This document shows, piece by piece, positions 28,680 to 39,006 of a DNA stretch of 64,000 bases (positions are counted from its first letter, which is position 1; each line of letters starts with the position of its first letter). Both the position numbers and the translations under genes were made by a program. The DNA comes from Barthelona sp. PCE (taxonomy: Eukaryota). The notes under the pieces were generated by a model. The model saw only the letters and a list, made by a program, of their open reading frames with translations. It made no database searches and was not told where the DNA came from. The stretch covers positions 372,001 through 436,000 of the forward strand of contig JAUFOR010000002.1 of NCBI GenBank assembly GCA_040285745.1. The letters run 5' to 3'.

Positions 28680-30626
28680 ATGGAACCACCAACAAGATTG
28701 ACATACAAGGCCAAAGATTCGTTCACATCGTTTAAAAGCGCTGGAGACACACATTTAAGCAAAGGACAGTTTAGAGATGCTATAAAAGCGTTCACTAGCG
28801 CATTGGAGATTGTCGGAGATTCAAAATCTTCACTTCTGTCTAGATCACAAGCCTATATTCACCTAGGTGACATTGAGAAGGCTATCAATGATGCAGAAGC
28901 CACCCTCAAGGATGATCCCACTTTTTGGAAGGGCGTATACCAGAAAGCAGAAGCTTTATATGCCAGTGGTGAATTCGAACTTGCTCTCATTCAATATCAT
29001 CGTGGTTTCTACATCAGACAGATCGATGCGTTTAGACTCGGCATTCAGAAGGCCGAGGCTGCCATCCTCGAATGTTTTGAACGTGATTTTGATGAGGCAG
29101 AAGAGCAGAAGCTCGTCCCACCAATTCAAGGCCGCATTGACCTCACCACGGGCCGTATGCTCGCAGACCAGATTGCTAAGATGGACCTGCCAGAGAGGGG
29201 ATCAACACCCGATTTTGCAGGCATCGACAGGCAGCCATCACTGAGTGAATTAGGGCCCAGCGCAAACCAGTTAGGAACTCCTCGCCACTCGTTGCTCACT
29301 GCAGAGATCGAAGACGAGTCTAAACCCCAGTTACCCATTTTAAAGCTCAACAACAAGAGCAAGAAGCGCAACAAGCGTCTTTTGGGTGAGTTATCCACCG
29401 ACAGGCAGTTCTTAGAGGATCTGATGAACGACCCCATGATGACTAAACGCGACGTCTCAAGTTATAATCAGAGAAAGTCAAGAGAAGTCAAGCACCTCAA
29501 GAATATTATTGGTAATGGTTTATCATACCTCGATAACAGAGCGCAGTTTTGGAGAGAGCAACATCCCCCAACTGCTGCTAAGAAGGAGGAGAAGCCACCA
29601 TCACCCAGATCGTCTCTACTCACTCCGTACTACAGTCCTAGAACAAGCGCGTATACGTCTCCTTATACACGGAACCCAAAGACTACACGAGGAGATTCCA
29701 CCCTCAGCAGACTCGTCCCTGAGCCCATGACTGCTAACACACCCCTCACATCTCGCGTTCAAACCAAAGGGGAGTCGGAGACAGAAATGCGCATATTGGT
29801 AGATTGTCTTCAGGACAGTTTCAACATGTCTTCTTTCAACAGCTGTATCCAGGACTCCAAGGATGTCCTCTCCAAACTCAATAGACAACGCAGCCTGCCC
29901 AACCGTGATAGCCTTGTCTGTGAAGTCTATAACTTGATTGGAATGAGTTATGTGTCTTTGGAGCTCTACCAGGTCGCCACGACGCATTTTGAGACTTGCC
30001 TGCGAGTTGCCACCCGTGGCAAACTGTATGACTGGCGTATCACCTCCATGATCCAGCTTGGTTCTCTCTTCCAGACTTCAAAGAGATACAATCTCGCACT
30101 GCGTGTATACAACGAATTATTGAGTTACAGTAACTCATTACCTGTAGAGCAGTACGAAGAGCATAAGATTTCAGTAATTGAGAGCGTGTACAACCTTGCA
30201 GTCTGTTACCTCAGTGTGCAGAATTATGACCAGGCGATCATTACGTGTGAACAACTCCTGACGAAGGTAGGACTTCCCACTACGATCACAATCATCCAGG
30301 AGCTCCCCTTGGACTACTATGGATTATTGCTGAGACTTTTCACCGTCATGACCGAAGCCTACTTCTATTTGGAGGACACGCAGAGTGCATTAGAGTGTTC
30401 TGAGAAGTGGATGGAGATCTCCAAGGTTGATGTAGTCAATTACGTTGTTCCTGATTCTCTTTACGATTACTTAGATTGGGAAAATGTTGTTAAGGCATTG
30501 GAGATGCACGGATCTATTAAATTGAAGTTACAGAAGGTTGATGAGAGCCTCAAGATCCACGCGTTTGTTAATGAGCTGACCAGAGGTGTCAAAACAAACA
30601 ATGAAGATGTTCTGCCAGATGAATAG
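28680..30626 (+). CDS. TTC25: TPR protein TTC25 / outer dynein arm docking complex subunit 4
   Basis: KG.YQKAEALY..GEFELAL..YHRG..IR..DAFRLGIQKAE.AI, RLLGEL..D..FLE.L and YLD.R..FWR.Q.P match TTC25/ODAD4 blocks. C-terminal TPRs are present. Confidence 0.85.
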   Translation: MEPPTRLTYKAKDSFTSFKSAGDTHLSKGQFRDAIKAFTSALEIVGDSKSSLLSRSQAYIHLGDIEKAINDAEATLKDDPTFWKGVYQKAEALYASGEFELALIQYHRGFYIRQIDAFRLGIQKAEAAILECFERDFDEAEEQKLVPPIQGRIDLTTGRMLADQIAKMDLPERGSTPDFAGIDRQPSLSELGPSANQLGTPRHSLLTAEIEDESKPQLPILKLNNKSKKRNKRLLGELSTDRQFLEDLMNDPMMTKRDVSSYNQRKSREVKHLKNIIGNGLSYLDNRAQFWREQHPPTAAKKEEKPPSPRSSLLTPYYSPRTSAYTSPYTRNPKTTRGDSTLSRLVPEPMTANTPLTSRVQTKGESETEMRILVDCLQDSFNMSSFNSCIQDSKDVLSKLNRQRSLPNRDSLVCEVYNLIGMSYVSLELYQVATTHFETCLRVATRGKLYDWRITSMIQLGSLFQTSKRYNLALRVYNELLSYSNSLPVEQYEEHKISVIESVYNLAVCYLSVQNYDQAIITCEQLLTKVGLPTTITIIQELPLDYYGLLLRLFTVMTEAYFYLEDTQSALECSEKWMEISKVDVVNYVVPDSLYDYLDWENVVKALEMHGSIKLKLQKVDESLKIHAFVNELTRGVKTNNEDVLPDE

Positions 30627-30773
30627 AAAAAAAGTCATTTGTAAAATATATACTGTTTTTTTTTAGCTTGTAATACCTTGTAGGTGCTGTGTTAAATAGG
30701 AGAAACCTGATTGCAAAATGAAATATGTTTGTATTCTAGTTTCTTTCTCATTATTCATACGGATCGTTCGTTC

Positions 30774-32375
30774 ATGGATGAATTTCATATTCATGACGCT
30801 GTAGCAGGCGATTCCGCCTTTTCTATGGGCTTTGCTTTTCTGTACACTGATGTTTTGCCAATTTTCTCAAAATTCTCTAAGAAATGGATAGTTGTACGAC
30901 CAGAACTTCTTTGCATATTCGATGATCACCGAGACTCAATGCCTTCCATCACAATTGACCTTGCTACTGTTGTTGTAGCTGTTCCCAACGAAGGTCATCA
31001 CGGAGAACGATTTGTGTTTTCATTAAGCACATCAGCAGAGCGGAAACCATACTACTTTGCATTTCCGACCAGACATCTCCTTCGCAAATGGCTTATGCGC
31101 CTTCAAAAAGTTGGAGACATTCTAGTTCCCAGACATGCTATAAGTAATTCGGCAGCAAAGTTACCTCATCAAGTATTCATCCCAGATTCCAAAGTCCCAC
31201 GGTTATGGATTGCGGCTAAACCGATGATCTCAAATCGATCGTTGGTCTTGCAGTGCTCAGAGGATCATATCACCATACCATTGCTATCTAGTTTAATGGA
31301 AGATGATATTGTTGGTGAAGATCCTCCGTCGTGGCTGAAACACCATATTACAATGAGGCATATAGATCCTAGATCAAAAAATGGATCACCAACAAAGAGA
31401 TTTAGCATTTCATTCTTGAAAAAGGAAGACCACGATGATTTCATAAGTAAGCTGCAGCAGGATATCGAGCAGTGCGAACAGGACAAGAGGGATAGTATTC
31501 TATATGAAGTCAAGGAAGAGTCATCGCCAAAAAAAGATGTTCATACCCAAGAGTGGTTCAGTATTACGCATTCCGGTTATCTTGTGAAACGTGGCGGCTT
31601 CTTTCCAACGTGGAAACGTCGATTCTTTGTTCTTTTCCAGGGTTTACTAATGTATTTTGCGACCGAAGAAGAGGAACAACCATTGAGTGTCATATCTCTT
31701 AAGGATGCTGAAGTAAGGCCTGCTCAAAAGGCATACAAGTGGGACGAGAACTGTGTCATTGAGTTAATCACCCCAAAGCGTATGTATTGGCTTGTTGCCG
31801 ACAATGAATTAGAAAAGGATGGATGGATCAGTGTATTACAACGCGTGATTGATGGAATCCGATTGAAGGACGCACCTGTCCGCCACTCATCACTCACTCC
31901 CTCATTTGAGGATGAAGATGAGACCAAGGAAATGCGAATGTTACAGATTCCTAAAATGGAGGGTTACCTTCTCAAAGAAAGTAATCACCTGAGGAATTGG
32001 AACCAGAGGTACGTGTACATAACTTCTTCTGGGTGTTTGGAGTATTACAGAGAGAAGTGGGATCCCATGAGTTTGGTTGAAGGAAAAGAAGAAGAGAATG
32101 AATGCTTAGGGTCAGTTTTTCTGGGAGGATGTCGTGTTGAGCCTGATATAAATGAGCTCACAGCACCATTTGCTTTTAAATTGTACACTTCCAAGAAAAC
32201 ATTTCATTTTGCTTGCTTAGAACCTCAACCTCTTGAACAGTGGGTAAAAAAGCTGATGCTTGTCAGTAAGAACGCAAAGCAATTAAGAGTAGAGGAACAA
32301 AGCACAGTTGTTCGACACACAGGCAAGCAAATATCTTCAGTTGCGAAGGATTTCGATAATGAGGATGGTCTGTAG
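30774..32375 (+). CDS. Multi-PH-domain protein
   Basis: First ATG at 30774. Two clear PH domains (GYLVKRGGFFPTWKRRFFVL...GWISVL; EGYLLKE..LRNWNQRY...QWVKKL) and one or two degenerate N-terminal PH-like units. Confidence 0.85.
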   Translation: MDEFHIHDAVAGDSAFSMGFAFLYTDVLPIFSKFSKKWIVVRPELLCIFDDHRDSMPSITIDLATVVVAVPNEGHHGERFVFSLSTSAERKPYYFAFPTRHLLRKWLMRLQKVGDILVPRHAISNSAAKLPHQVFIPDSKVPRLWIAAKPMISNRSLVLQCSEDHITIPLLSSLMEDDIVGEDPPSWLKHHITMRHIDPRSKNGSPTKRFSISFLKKEDHDDFISKLQQDIEQCEQDKRDSILYEVKEESSPKKDVHTQEWFSITHSGYLVKRGGFFPTWKRRFFVLFQGLLMYFATEEEEQPLSVISLKDAEVRPAQKAYKWDENCVIELITPKRMYWLVADNELEKDGWISVLQRVIDGIRLKDAPVRHSSLTPSFEDEDETKEMRMLQIPKMEGYLLKESNHLRNWNQRYVYITSSGCLEYYREKWDPMSLVEGKEEENECLGSVFLGGCRVEPDINELTAPFAFKLYTSKKTFHFACLEPQPLEQWVKKLMLVSKNAKQLRVEEQSTVVRHTGKQISSVAKDFDNEDGL

Positions 32376-32510
32376 CGTTGTTTGTCACGGAGTGTCGCCT
32401 CAGATCAGAATAAAAAAAGCGTTGAGTTATAATTTGGGTTGGTGAACATAATATCAACCCTTTCACATTTTTTTTGAAGTTTAAACAGTTCACAACAGTA
32501 ATAATTCACG

Positions 32511-33592
32511 ATGACTAGTATGTTTACGTTGTTTCTTTGTTGAAAAAGCACTATGCACATAACTAACATTAAGCACAGTTGAATATTAATGGAAGTGACG
32601 ATCCTAGCTATCGTTACAAGATGCCACGCGTTTCGATTGAGTCGTTCGGTAGAGAAGGTAACGTCCGTACACGTTTTAAGAACATTATTGAGGTTGCTCG
32701 CGCTATTAAAGTAGAGCCTGATTTCATTGCATGGTTCCTGGGTATCGATTTAGGTGCGCAGGTACGTTTCACAGCAAAGGATAACGAGTGTTTGCTTCGT
32801 GGTTCACAAGATTTGGATGAGATGCAACAGAGTGTTTTCAACTTCATTCAGAACTTTGTACTGTGCCCCAGTTGTGGTTTGCCAGAAATAACACTCTCAA
32901 AGAAGAAGAAGACTGTTTATTGTGATTGTGGAGCTTGTGGTTTCTACAACCCTCTTTTTGGAGATTATAACATCCCCACCACTGCATCAGACCGTATCAT
33001 CTCCCGTATGCTGGTCAAGCTGCCCACAACCACCCTTGTTGACGAGCAAATCGAAACTACCATCGAGTTGGATCAGGACGAAATGCTCACTCAATCAATC
33101 CTTGAGCAATACGCTGAAGAACTCAGGGCAGATGTTCGCGAGGGCCGCAAGGCAGAAGAAGTGCTTCTTGGCCTTCAGAACTTTGGTGTCTCATATGGTA
33201 TCAGAGAAGAGCAGCTGGTGAGCCTGTTATGGATGGTCTGTGTACACGATGAGTACCCTCTCCAGATGCTGGCAACCACACACACATACCTCAAGGCATT
33301 TGCTCAGTCATCAATGCAAGAGATGCTCTTGTTGAAGATGCTTACTCGTTATACAAATATCTTTGAGAGCACACTAAAGTTAACCAGTCACATCCTCTTA
33401 GCCCTGTACAGCACGTTTGAGATTGTAGATCTGGACGTTATGATCAAGTGGTACGATGCCGCACCAGAAAGCCCTGATCGTGTTTCTGCTAAGAAGCTCA
33501 TTGAGCACTTGAAGGGTATGGATGAAGATGAAGATGAGTATGATTCCTACGACGAGTATGATGAGTACGATACTGAAGAGGAGGATGCCTAA
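32511..33592 (+). CDS. eIF5: Translation initiation factor eIF5; two exons (32511-32517, 32574-33592)
   Basis: DPSYRYKMPR, FI..FVLCPSCGLPE, CGACG zinc ribbon and an acidic W2-like tail. Splicing gives MTTQLNINGSDDPSYRYK; the track start is TTG. Confidence 0.9.
32518..32573 (+). other. Spliceosomal intron (56 nt, phase 1) in eIF5
   Basis: GTATGT...ACTAACATTAAG, with a canonical branch site ACTAAC at 32562-32567. Removal links ATG 32511 in frame. Confidence 0.88.
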
Positions 33593-33889
33593 ATAGAGAG
33601 TAAACGCAATATTGCATTTTTCTACCTTTTTAATGTTTTTTTTCTTGTAAGAAACAGGGCCTCATTTTGTTTAGTTGATTTGACTTGGTTTTAAGTTGAT
33701 TGTTAGCTTTGCTTTTTTTTTCCTGTTAGTAAGCATCTATTAGGGGATAGTGTATCGAATTTATTAGATGCGTGGTATTTTTCGGTTAAATCAGCAGTGT
33801 TAATAGGGTTTACCTAAATGCAAACGAACTTTACATAAGTTAGTTATTTTTATTCATGCTTTTTCATTATTATAGTGATAAGAAGGATT

Positions 33890-34780
33890 ATGTTTTCTCG
33901 TAAGTTTCCACAGCATACGTTTGAAGCGTTTCAAGCTTCACAAAAAGTTCTTTTTTTACCATTTTCTCAACAGAATATCGGATACTACATCAGTAGAAAC
34001 AAAAAGATCCCTCTTCTAGTTATGCTGCACGGTTTTATGGGCTGTGGTGCTCAGTTTTCATTTGCAATAGATGAGCTGGAAGTTTTTTATAAAGTATTGA
34101 TTATTGATCTGCCGGGGCACGGTCTCTCGGTAGTAAATAGCGAAAGGTCATATACCATTCGTGATTACGCAGTAATGGTGGACGAAACAATCAGGAATCT
34201 AGATCTCGAATTACATCCTATATGTTTTCTCGGCTACTCTTTCTCAGCTCTCATTGCAACACATGTTGCTTTAAACAACACTCTTCCGACACCTATACGT
34301 AGCGTGCTGCTCGTGTGCCCGGTTGGTGTCAGCGTTAAAGGATGTAATCATCTCATGCGTAGTATTATGAAGAAGGAAACGCCTGGTCGCTTGGCGTCCC
34401 ATTTATTTGTTCGAACAATTCTCCCACGCGCATACAGGATATCTAGCGCATGCGATGAGGGGAAGGACTTACTCAAGAGCCTGACAGATTTCAATATAGA
34501 AAATCACAATAACTTAACTATAACCTGTCAAAGAATGCTTCGTTTAGAGGAAATGAGTGATTTTCGCGACTCGTACAGGAAGTTGTCCGAGATGAACGTT
34601 GATTTCAGTGTTGTAATAGGTGAATATGATGACGTCATCAATCTTGATAATACTTACACTTTTTTTCAGGAAATTGGGGTTTCTACGGTTGTAGTTCCTT
34701 TTGATCACCACTTTATTTTCTCTGAATACTTTCCATCCGTTGTTATAACTCAATTGAATAGCAAAAATCATGGTATATAG
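33890..34780 (+). CDS. Alpha/beta-fold hydrolase
   Basis: LHGFMG, IDLPGHGLS, nucleophile elbow GYSFS, GEYDDVI (Asp) and FDHH (His). First ATG at 33890. Confidence 0.85.
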   Translation: MFSRKFPQHTFEAFQASQKVLFLPFSQQNIGYYISRNKKIPLLVMLHGFMGCGAQFSFAIDELEVFYKVLIIDLPGHGLSVVNSERSYTIRDYAVMVDETIRNLDLELHPICFLGYSFSALIATHVALNNTLPTPIRSVLLVCPVGVSVKGCNHLMRSIMKKETPGRLASHLFVRTILPRAYRISSACDEGKDLLKSLTDFNIENHNNLTITCQRMLRLEEMSDFRDSYRKLSEMNVDFSVVIGEYDDVINLDNTYTFFQEIGVSTVVVPFDHHFIFSEYFPSVVITQLNSKNHGI

Positions 34781-34794
34781 TTTTATTTAATTTA

Positions 34795-35565
34795 TCACTT
34801 TAATTCAAGTACACAATCGTTGTTTTCTTTTAATTCTAACAATTCTCTTAAATTCTTCAATTCACTTCCCAATAAATCAGTTAACTTTTCATATAACGGG
34901 AGTTGTTTCTGCTTACGTTGAAATCCTAACTCATCAACGCCTTCCAGAATGGTTAACTCATGAGAAATAGTGGTGAAAATATTATTTGCAACACCAAAAA
35001 CTGATTCTAAAGCTGTTAGACTTGTTGAATCAACTGAAAGTTTATCTATAAACTCAGTTTTGATATGACGGTCACAGAAACCTATTGTCTTGTGAACAAT
35101 TTTCTTACATTGTCGTCCATCAGTAACTTCACGAGAATATGAACACTTACAACGTCCATATAAACATGTTTTATCCAGATGAACGTGCTCAGCACAAAAG
35201 AATGTTTGGCTGCCAACAAGGTCCATCAAAGCTGCGTTCTTGCATCTTCTAGTAATGAAGCCTTTTCGTGTAATATCGGCAGCACAACGAATTGCTTTTG
35301 TGTTCTGATCAAAATTGCGCTTAGGCTCCATCTCGGGAGTGCTGATAACTGTACGTTGCTCGCGCTGACGCTGTCTAGCTCTCTTCTTCTTAGGAGGTAT
35401 AACAAAATTCATATGAGGCATATGAGGCATACCTGATTGAAACATGGGCATTGATGCCATTGAATTCATTGCTGAAATATCAATATTGGGTTGTTGCGAT
35501 AAGAAACTAATCGTAGCAGGATTCAATGTAGCAGGGTTTAATCCCACTACATGTTCGGCTGACAT
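34795..35565 (-). CDS. Putative nuclear Cys/His zinc-finger protein with a coiled-coil tail
   Basis: M/P-rich N-terminus, NLS-like PPKKKRAR, and two C..C..FCxxH units (RC..RCKN..FFCAEH; RCKC..QCKK..GFCDRH) reminiscent of zf-C3Hc3H. Confidence 0.65.
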   Translation of the reverse strand: MSAEHVVGLNPATLNPATISFLSQQPNIDISAMNSMASMPMFQSGMPHMPHMNFVIPPKKKRARQRQREQRTVISTPEMEPKRNFDQNTKAIRCAADITRKGFITRRCKNAALMDLVGSQTFFCAEHVHLDKTCLYGRCKCSYSREVTDGRQCKKIVHKTIGFCDRHIKTEFIDKLSVDSTSLTALESVFGVANNIFTTISHELTILEGVDELGFQRKQKQLPLYEKLTDLLGSELKNLRELLELKENNDCVLELK

Positions 35566-36135
35566 TTTCCAAGTGACTTGACCAAAAAAAGGGTGTAGGG
35601 CCAGTTAATAAGAGATAAATAACAAATAACAAATTCTTTTAATACAGTAAGAGTTGCTGAGCTTTCACTGTTCTTTCCCGGTTATAAGTAGCATAGCTCT
35701 ATTTATAATCATCCTTTTTTCATCCTATTAAATTGCATAACAAAAAAACAATGCAATATTCATAATAGGATGATATTTCCTTACAATAAAATATTTTTCG
35801 CATGCATTTTTGCAAATTATACCTCCGTAAAACCTCAAGTTACCCATAATCACAACAATGAACCACAAAACCAAAACAGGGAGTAAAAGCTTAGTTGAAT
35901 GCGGTAATGCTAATGCTTGTAATCTGTGGGCCGGAAATTTTTTTTTTTTTTTGGTCAGAATTGCACCAAACAAAGAATTCAAGTATTTTGGATTCAAATC
36001 TGATCCTAACTTGTTCAATCACCACATATGACTGCTATAGCAAATATCTCTGTTTCATGAATTCTTCAACTACAGGAATTCAACTAATTGGAAAACTTTT
36101 GTTTTGCGATTCCATTCTTTTTTAACTCATCGTAA

Positions 36136-37128
36136 ATGGTTGTTCGAAAGGCTAAGATGAATCTGACAACCGAAATCTTGCAAACAGACGATGAGGGAAT
36201 GAGACAAGCTGGTGAAATTCTCAAGAACAATGAATTGGTTGCTTTTCCAACAGAAACTGTCTTCGGACTGGGGGCAAACGGGCTTTCCGATGCAGCATGT
36301 CTTAAAATTTTTGAGGCAAAGGGCCGTCCACAAGACAACCCATTAATTCTCCATGTCAGCGATGCAGATCAGGCGCTAACGCTTTTCCAAAGTGAGCCGC
36401 CGCACTTCAGGGAGCTTGTTGACATGTTTTGGCCTGGCCCACTGACCATTGTTTACCACAAATCAGATTTAGTACCGCTAACAGTAACAGCAGGATTGGA
36501 CACTGTTGCTGTCCGATGTCCTGCGCATAAGGTCGCGTTGAGACTGATAGAGGAAGCCGGGGTACCTCTTGCAGCACCTTCAGCAAACACTAGTGGAAAA
36601 CCAAGTCCAACACACTATCAAGCTGTTCTTGACGACCTCAATGGCCGTATCTCCGGTGTAGTGGCATGGACAGGACGCTGCGAATGCGGCCTTGAGAGCA
36701 CAATCATCGATCTAACGCAAACTCCAGCACACATTCTTCGACCAGGGTTGATAACGCATGAGGAACTGTCCACTGTGCTACCTGTCATCAATAATGCGTC
36801 TCTGGACCCAAAAGAGAGACCGAAGGCACCCGGAATGAAATACAGGCACTATGCCCCAGACACAACTGTTGAAATCATCACAGGCACTCAATCAATCGAT
36901 AGGAGCAGGAAGTGCATCGTTTTGGGCATGGAGAGCCAGCTCGATGGACTCATTAATCTTCCTGTCTTTAACCTGGGTCCAACGGTGGATGATGCTTGCC
37001 GGAATTTGTTCGGTGCTTTGCGCTGTTTGGATTCTTATTCTTTTGATGTGGCGTACATCTTTGGACTGCCTGACGAGGGTAAGGGAGTTGCGTTTATGAA
37101 CAGATTAAGAAAGGCTGCTTCAAAGTAG
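36136..37128 (+). CDS. SUA5: Threonylcarbamoyl-AMP synthase (YrdC plus SUA5 domain)
   Basis: VAFPTETVFGLGA, KGRPQDNPLILH, FWPGPLT, AAPSANTSGKPSPT, GLESTIID, APGMKYRHYAP, MNRLRKAA. Confidence 0.96.
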   Translation: MVVRKAKMNLTTEILQTDDEGMRQAGEILKNNELVAFPTETVFGLGANGLSDAACLKIFEAKGRPQDNPLILHVSDADQALTLFQSEPPHFRELVDMFWPGPLTIVYHKSDLVPLTVTAGLDTVAVRCPAHKVALRLIEEAGVPLAAPSANTSGKPSPTHYQAVLDDLNGRISGVVAWTGRCECGLESTIIDLTQTPAHILRPGLITHEELSTVLPVINNASLDPKERPKAPGMKYRHYAPDTTVEIITGTQSIDRSRKCIVLGMESQLDGLINLPVFNLGPTVDDACRNLFGALRCLDSYSFDVAYIFGLPDEGKGVAFMNRLRKAASK

Positions 37129-38045
37129 CACGTAGCACAAGAAACTCAAGTTTTTTTTTTTTTCTCTGAAAATTTGGGTACAAATAAAAACATGAAGATT
37201 TTAAATGCTGATGTTTAACAAATAGAAGTATATGCTATTTCCTATCTTTACAAGCGATTAAAGACTACTTTCAACAATTTCCCGATTAAACACCTTTTTT
37301 TAATATGCCAGCAAATTTAAAATAAGCAGTAATTAAAGGAATTATCAACAAAAATGAAGCTAATTATCTACAATTATATGTTGTAAATAAACTATACGTT
37401 GAGAAAAATGTATTAGTCAATCAAAAAACATTAGGATAGTCATGAAAAGTTTTAGAGGTGTAAAGCTGTATTAAAAAACATGATAAGAAATTGAAGTAAA
37501 AAAAAAATTTTTGTAATTTTTACTTAAATTTTATGGATCGTTATTGGTTGAAAAAGGTTTACTATGGTATAATTAAATCAAGATACTAGTGTGAAAACCA
37601 TTAAATAGGATCGAAATTCAAGAAAATTTTTTATCTCACTTATGCAACGAATTTCAGTCTAGTTGTTAAATATATTTGATGTGTAGATGGTATTCTATTC
37701 TAATTATGTTATGTGAAAAGATGAATTAGGAGAATTTGTAGAATATTAGAATAAATATGATAGATGCTGTAATTAAGAGCGTATAAAACATTTAGTTTCA
37801 ACAAATAAAAAATTGTACATGAAATTTTGATGAAGTACGTAATATTATGAAATGATTAACAAATAAAAAATGCGCAGGTTGTTTTAATACTCGCTCAACC
37901 CGAATATTTTAAATGTTTGCACGTTAAATAAAGAAATTTAAAGGTATCCATCTAATTTCAGTCAATTTTAAGTGATTTCACAAATATACCCTAATTCTTT
38001 TTGTTTGTTAAAAATAGGGCAAAACTGCAGTACAAAAGTTTGGAA

Positions 38046-38357
38046 ATGACAGAAAACAAGCCAACTATCGATTTTGTAACTATTGCACGTGATGTTACAG
38101 AGTTGAATGAAGAATTAAGCACATTGGAAAATGATATAGTAGAACAGCTGGACAAAAATGCAAAGCTGAGAGATGAACTCTTAGGGAAAGAGGTTGAACG
38201 GACTGAAGAATTGTTAGAATTAACAAAAGAAAGAAACAGTGCAATTGCTTCTTCCAGGCTATTTAAGATTCTGTTTTGTACCATTCTGAGCATTCTTATC
38301 GCTTTTGTTGTTGGTAAACGAATTTATAAGAACAGATATCAGATGCACATTGAGTAG
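38046..38357 (+). CDS. Small tail-anchored coiled-coil protein (SNARE-like architecture)
   Basis: ATG 38046, a heptad-rich helix of about 60 aa, then the TM segment ILFCTILSILIAFVVG and a short tail. Confidence 0.6.
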   Translation: MTENKPTIDFVTIARDVTELNEELSTLENDIVEQLDKNAKLRDELLGKEVERTEELLELTKERNSAIASSRLFKILFCTILSILIAFVVGKRIYKNRYQMHIE

Positions 38358-39006
38358 TTAAGTTTTGTTCATTGTTTTCAATTAATCAGTCATGTATCTT
38401 GATAGCACTGGCAATATTGTGTGCTTCAGTAATAAATTCAAGCGTTGTTTTTCGCACAATGATGGAAGTTGAGTTGATTGTCACTCTATTATTTAATATC
38501 CATTCTTACCTCACTCCTAGTGGAGAGATGCACTCCCAATACCGCTGTTAGTATGCTACTGAACAGTAATTTTGTTGATTTGTGCTCAATGTAGCTTGAA
38601 GTTTTTTTTCGTTTCTATTGCAATTTGTGCTGTAAAAAGCGGAGTTATAGGTACTCGGTAGACAACAAGTTGAGTTTATAGCAATAAAACTTACTGCAGG
38701 CAACGATTACATATCATTTGAAGTAAAAAGTGCTATCAATCTGTAGATAACTCATTACCACTTTGACACTCTATTATCACAGAAAAAAGCTGCTGAGCAG
38801 GCGGAAATTTTACCAAAAACTATTCTGAGATACGATTTTAGATTCTTTGTGTTCTTTCCTATTTAGCTTACATATGTTCCACTTAATGGATTTATCTATA
38901 TAAATTATCCACGTAACATAATTTGAAAGAAGAAAATTGGAAGAGGAACATGCTAAACGCTAAATTACCCTATTCTTTCTTTTTATTTTTCGTAAATACA
39001 CATCTA

